Positions 16,787 through 20,000 of a stretch of DNA of 20,000 nt are shown here, one piece after another. The notes below the pieces were generated by a model that was not told the DNA's origin, ran no database searches, and worked only from the letters and a program-made list of their open reading frames with translations. This DNA comes from an uncultured virus (IMG/VR IMGVR_UViG_3300035698_026801) (Duplodnaviria > Heunggongvirae > Uroviricota > Caudoviricetes). The DNA lies in IMG/VR virus record IMGVR_UViG_3300035698_026801; one strand, written 5' to 3'. The position numbers were made by a program, and so were the translations under genes. Position 1 is the first letter of the stretch; each line of letters begins with the position of its first letter.

Positions 16787-17328
16787 CAGCAGCAAAAAAT
16801 CTAGCATTTTTATGTTTAATAACAATCATATTTGTAGGAGGCTTCTTAATCGGCTTAAGTTTACAGGTAAAACACATTCCTGTTGTGCCTGAAATTGTGG
16901 TTAACGCCTCTTGCCCGCAAGATATTATTAATTTATCTTGTAATTTCCCTGAATTTGAATTCCCATCAACCTCTGGCCCCTCTTTCATTCAGCCAGCACG
17001 ACAAACGATCCAAGTCGAAGATTATGGAACAAATATTTTAATCAAAGACGCGGATGAAGTCGGTACAGTAACGGGTAACAGTATGCAACCCACACTTTGG
17101 ACGGGTCATGAGGTCATTTTACGGGAATACACATCAGGTATGAAGCTAAAAGAAGGCGGTCTTATTAGATTTGAAGACGGAGCGGGATATACCATTCATC
17201 GAATTATTGCAATGTATGACGGATATGTATTCACACAGGGGGATAATACTAAATACAAAGAGCAAGTTTTATTCGAAAATATTACACATGTAGTCTTGGG
17301 AATATTATTCACGGAGGATACGATTTAA
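16783..17328 (+). CDS. S26-family signal peptidase, Ser/His (SipW/archaeal SPase I-like) type
   Basis: N-terminal TM; GNSMQPTL (catalytic Ser), TIHRII (His base), TQGDN box. Start at ATG 16783 (ATGA overlap). Confidence 0.85.
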   Translation: MTAAKNLAFLCLITIIFVGGFLIGLSLQVKHIPVVPEIVVNASCPQDIINLSCNFPEFEFPSTSGPSFIQPARQTIQVEDYGTNILIKDADEVGTVTGNSMQPTLWTGHEVILREYTSGMKLKEGGLIRFEDGAGYTIHRIIAMYDGYVFTQGDNTKYKEQVLFENITHVVLGILFTEDTI

Positions 17329-17589
17329 ATGGTAAGTAAATCTGAATTTATTAAATTCCTCGATCAGGCTTCAAAAATTAGAGGAAACAGCAAATTATGT
17401 GAAAAAGTAAACATGACTGTGTATAACGTAGGTCATATGAGAGCCATTGCAGAATTTAATGGATATTTAAAACAAGTTCCAGAAGATAAATGGGAAACGG
17501 CACCAAGCACGTCCAATTCCGTGCCTGTCATTTTATATAATTTGACAGAGAAAGGTAAACAGTACTTAAAAGAAAATGGTGAAAAATAA
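17329..17589 (+). CDS. Putative winged-helix protein
   Basis: C-terminal GYL...YNLTEKGKQYL motif typical of PadR/MarR-like wHTH domains. Confidence 0.6.
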   Translation: MVSKSEFIKFLDQASKIRGNSKLCEKVNMTVYNVGHMRAIAEFNGYLKQVPEDKWETAPSTSNSVPVILYNLTEKGKQYLKENGEK

Positions 17590-18059
17590 TGGGAAAAGCA
17601 ATAACAATTACTCATAGTATGCTAATTCTTGGACTTGTAGCCTTATGGTTTGTAGCCACGTTTTCAATTCATAGTCTACAAACAAACACAGAAACTATGC
17701 AAGATCAAATAGCTAATTTTACTAGTACTGATTTCTGCTGGTGCTGGAACGTAACACAAATGCAACGTGGTAACGGGACAGTTTATGGTAGCTTCTACGT
17801 AGAAAACATACCTAGTAACTTAGGAGTGACCTGTTTACCTGAATTAATGGATATGCTCATGCAAGAATACAGTAGAAGTGATGAGAATGTACATGTTTTA
17901 ACAAAAGATTTAGATGTTGAAAATGGATTTTTCCATTCAGAAATAAGGATCTATAATGAAACAGAGTCTAAAAACCCATTTTACACTAATTTTCAAATTG
18001 ATTTAAATCCAACGCAATGTGTTGCTTGGTTGCCACTCATCAAAAAAGAGGGATTGTAA
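17589..18059 (+). CDS. Membrane-anchored/secreted hypothetical protein
   Basis: N-terminal TM, N-x-S/T sequons, four Cys; GGTGA RBS, TAATG coupling. Confidence 0.75.
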   Translation: MGKAITITHSMLILGLVALWFVATFSIHSLQTNTETMQDQIANFTSTDFCWCWNVTQMQRGNGTVYGSFYVENIPSNLGVTCLPELMDMLMQEYSRSDENVHVLTKDLDVENGFFHSEIRIYNETESKNPFYTNFQIDLNPTQCVAWLPLIKKEGL

Positions 18060-18532
18060 TGGGAGTGCACTATCCGTTTGGTTATAGTGGACATGAAGGT
18101 ACTTTTTTGAAAACATTCATAACTCTATTAGATAATTTTTGTAGTGGTTGCCACACCAATGATGATGTGGGCGGTAACTGTAAAATATGCCCTATTGGTC
18201 AATTAATTTACGCCTCCAAAGATTATTTACTTAATTCTTATGAAAGCGAAGGTTGTTCAGATGAAAACGTAGTGCTCAGAAAGATAAAAAAACAAATTAA
18301 AAAAATAGAACCTGAACCGCTATTTAATGGCAGTTTTATATGGCAAATTGAAAGAACAAAAGATACTTTGGAAAATTTAAGGATCTTGAACAAAGATCTA
18401 AACTTCATAACTAATCACAGAATAAGTGCCTTCTTACACTTAGAAGATCACAGAAATACATATTATAAACAAGCAATGAAACTTGTTGAAAAAAAGACTA
18501 ATCAGATCAAAAAAAGCCTAGAAAAAGAATAA
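18059..18532 (+). CDS. Hypothetical protein with CxxC-x9-CxxC metal-binding motif
   Basis: ATG 18059 (TAATG overlap); FCSGCHTNDDVGGNCKICP. Confidence 0.7.
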   Translation: MGVHYPFGYSGHEGTFLKTFITLLDNFCSGCHTNDDVGGNCKICPIGQLIYASKDYLLNSYESEGCSDENVVLRKIKKQIKKIEPEPLFNGSFIWQIERTKDTLENLRILNKDLNFITNHRISAFLHLEDHRNTYYKQAMKLVEKKTNQIKKSLEKE

Positions 18533-18703
18533 AATATAAATACCACCCTTTCTAAAATAACATTATGAGTAATATTTTAACAAGCAAAAATATAGTCCCG
18601 CAAGAACAGGAGGATAACGAGTAATCGTTAGATTCATAGTTCTTTTGTTTGTTTTGGTTCACTGCATAAGGGCTGTGAATTATCGATTTCTAATATATCT
18701 TAT

Positions 18704-18774
18704 GGGGTGGTGGTGTAATGGTAACACTTGGGGTTTGGATCCTCAAGTTCCACGTTCGAATCGTGGCTATCCCA
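18704..18774 (+). tRNA. tRNA-Pro (TGG)
   Basis: GGGGTGG/CTATCCC acceptor, GTGT/ACAC D stem, TGGGG-TTTGGAT-CCTCA anticodon arm, CCACG-TTCGAAT-CGTGG T arm; no CCA. Confidence 0.92.
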
Positions 18775-18776
18775 AA

Positions 18777-18851
18777 GCTCTTGTAGTGTAGTCTGGTCAA
18801 GCACAGGGGGTTTTCATCCTCCTAACATGGGTTCAAATCCCGTCAAGAGCA
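18777..18851 (+). tRNA. tRNA-Glu (TTC)
   Basis: GCTCTTG/CAAGAGC acceptor, GTGT/GCAC D stem, GGGGG-TTTTCAT-CCTCC anticodon arm, ATGGG-TTCAAAT-CCCGT T arm; no CCA. Confidence 0.95.
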
Positions 18852-18853
18852 TT

Positions 18854-18907
18854 GCCTTTATGGTGTAGTGGCTATCATTCGAGATTGTCTATCTTGAGAC
18901 GTGGGTT
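18854..18907 (+). pseudogene. 5' three-quarters of tRNA-Asp (GTC), truncated in the T-loop
   Basis: GCCTTTA-TG-GTGTAGTGGCTATCAT-T-CGAGA-TTGTCTA-TCTTG-AGAC-GTGGG-TT, then no CCCAC T-stem strand and no TAAAGGC acceptor strand. Confidence 0.8.
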
Positions 18908-19011
18908 TTCTCGCTCGCAAAGTGATAAAACAAGCACCTAAGAAAAAGATCTATATTGATCTAACGTTTTAACGATAAATCTGTTTAGTCTCAGTCAAAA
19001 TTCAAATTCAA

Positions 19012-19149
19012 TTACCCAATTCTGAAAACTTTTGTTCCACAATGAGGACAACTTCCTTTTGTTGCTGGTCTACCATTTTTCATGGTAATTTTCTCAGGAT
19101 TAGTAATTTCAACTTTTTTCTTACATTTGACACAATATGCTTCTGTCAT
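19012..19149 (-). CDS. DUF5679-like 45-aa zinc-ribbon protein, missed by ORF track
   Basis: MTEAYCVKCKKKVEITNPEKITMKNGRPATKGSCPHCGTKVFRIG matches from memory the DUF5679 pattern (AYCVKCK...MKNGRPA.KG.CP.CGTK.FRI). Confidence 0.88.
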   Translation of the reverse strand: MTEAYCVKCKKKVEITNPEKITMKNGRPATKGSCPHCGTKVFRIG

Positions 19150-19154
19150 CGTAC

Positions 19155-19397
19155 TTAACTACTCGCAACCATCTTTTTTATACCTTTCGTGCTTACGCCT
19201 AAGATGAGCAGTAAAATAACTACAATTCCAAAGATCACCCACATTTGTACTATTGAGTTTTGTAACCAAGAAATGTCATATTTTGTAGCTAGAGCTGTTA
19301 ATGCGCCTACAAACGTTTCTCTTATCGCATAGTAAAACGCTGCAGCTCCTACGAGACTTAAGATAGTCACTATTGAAGTTTTGGATAATTTATTCAT
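19155..19397 (-). CDS. Small two-TM membrane protein (MNKLSK..., 80 aa)
   Basis: Two hydrophobic segments, basic ends; start moved to ATG 19397 because the longer start lies in a GC-rich hairpin. Confidence 0.7.
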   Translation of the reverse strand: MNKLSKTSIVTILSLVGAAAFYYAIRETFVGALTALATKYDISWLQNSIVQMWVIFGIVVILLLILGVSTKGIKKMVASS

Positions 19398-19458
19398 TTT
19401 AATCGTGAAACATGAGCCCCCTTGAATTTTCATTCGCTGGGGGCATGAAGGGGCAACT

Positions 19459-19989
19459 TCATTTTCCTAGTTTTTTACCTCTATGTGTAAAATACCAAGG
19501 AGCATAACTTGCGGCAGCTACTAAGGATAACAAAGTAACTACAACTAAGGGGAATTTGATTCGTGTTCCTAAATTTGCTCGTCCTAAGGAAGTGAATCCA
19601 TGAGGTTCATATGAAGTTCTTTCACTCCAATGTTCCACATCTAATAAGTATACAGATCTTTCGAAACTTCCTTGTATTAATGCCTCTGGTTCAGAATATG
19701 GGAATATGCCACCGAGACCTCCAACAAAGAAGAATATCGAAAATAAAATCAAGAAGACTCCAGGAATATATAAATATACTTTTCTACGCTTTAATCCGAA
19801 AAATAATGATAATGATCCAAGACCTAATAGAATGAACCCTAAAACGTTATTACCATAAGAAATGGAGTAATAAGCCGCACTTACACCCCATCCTTGTAAA
19901 TACATTCCCTCAGAAGATCCGATAGCGGCTTGAAATAGTTTTAAATCTTCTCTAACATTAATACTTTCTTTTGGGTCAGATCTTTGCAT
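19459..19989 (-). CDS. Multi-pass membrane protein (may extend beyond window)
   Basis: Three to four hydrophobic segments, basic C-terminus; frame stays open to the window edge. Confidence 0.7.
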   Translation of the reverse strand: MQRSDPKESINVREDLKLFQAAIGSSEGMYLQGWGVSAAYYSISYGNNVLGFILLGLGSLSLFFGLKRRKVYLYIPGVFLILFSIFFFVGGLGGIFPYSEPEALIQGSFERSVYLLDVEHWSERTSYEPHGFTSLGRANLGTRIKFPLVVVTLLSLVAAASYAPWYFTHRGKKLGK

Positions 19990-20000
19990 ACAATGTTGAA

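Noticed and set aside
18579..18703. Hammerhead or other known self-cleaving ribozyme
   Set aside because: No CUGAUGA/GAAA core or other consensus I can recognise; kept only as an unclassified structured leader.
18839..18907. Permuted tRNA-Asp using the upstream sequence as 3' half
   Set aside because: The upstream sequence is the 3' end of tRNA-Glu (CAAGAGC), which gives two mismatches against GCCTTTA.
19155..19397. Holin or spindle-virus capsid protein
   Set aside because: Only size and two hydrophobic helices fit; no sequence motif or gene context supports it.
13022..19835. ORFs 13022-13216, 15505-15762, 15949-16176, 16242-16505, 16752-16988, 17433-17615, 19611-19835
   Set aside because: Lie opposite better-supported genes in tightly coupled operons.
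1..20000. Alternative genetic code or stop-codon recoding
   Set aside because: Long ORFs read cleanly in code 11 and TAA, TAG and TGA all terminate tightly packed genes; no suppressor tRNA.

Overview
AT-rich (roughly 30% GC by eye), densely coding window with archaeal-type signals (GAGGT/GGTGA ribosome-binding sites, BRE+TATA-like boxes, CCA-less tRNAs). It most resembles an accessory region or mobile element (provirus, large plasmid or virus) of a DPANN-like archaeon; no capsid, terminase or replication gene is visible, so that assignment is inference. Left half (1-10973, +): a cell-surface gene cluster with two giant Ig-repeat proteins, a small secreted protein and three membrane-anchored proteins. 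The small secreted protein (8710-9261) is visibly homologous to the C-terminal domain of the 1378-aa glycine-rich protein, the layout expected for a major pilin plus tip adhesin of a donor-strand-type fibre; a Ser/His (SipW-like) S26 signal peptidase lies at 16783-17328. Middle (10999-14597, -): tightly coupled run of micro-ORFs, a ParB-like protein, a tyrosine recombinase, a non-canonical tRNA(CAT) wedged between the recombinase stop and the next start codon, and a HExxH membrane peptidase. A divergent control region (14598-14980) has paired palindromes and a candidate small RNA. Right (14978-18532, +): virus-like string of short ORFs (wHTH, Zn fingers), then a structured leader and a tRNA array (Pro-TGG, Glu-TTC, and an Asp-GTC that breaks off in the T-loop), followed by convergent genes including a DUF5679-like Zn ribbon missed by the ORF track.
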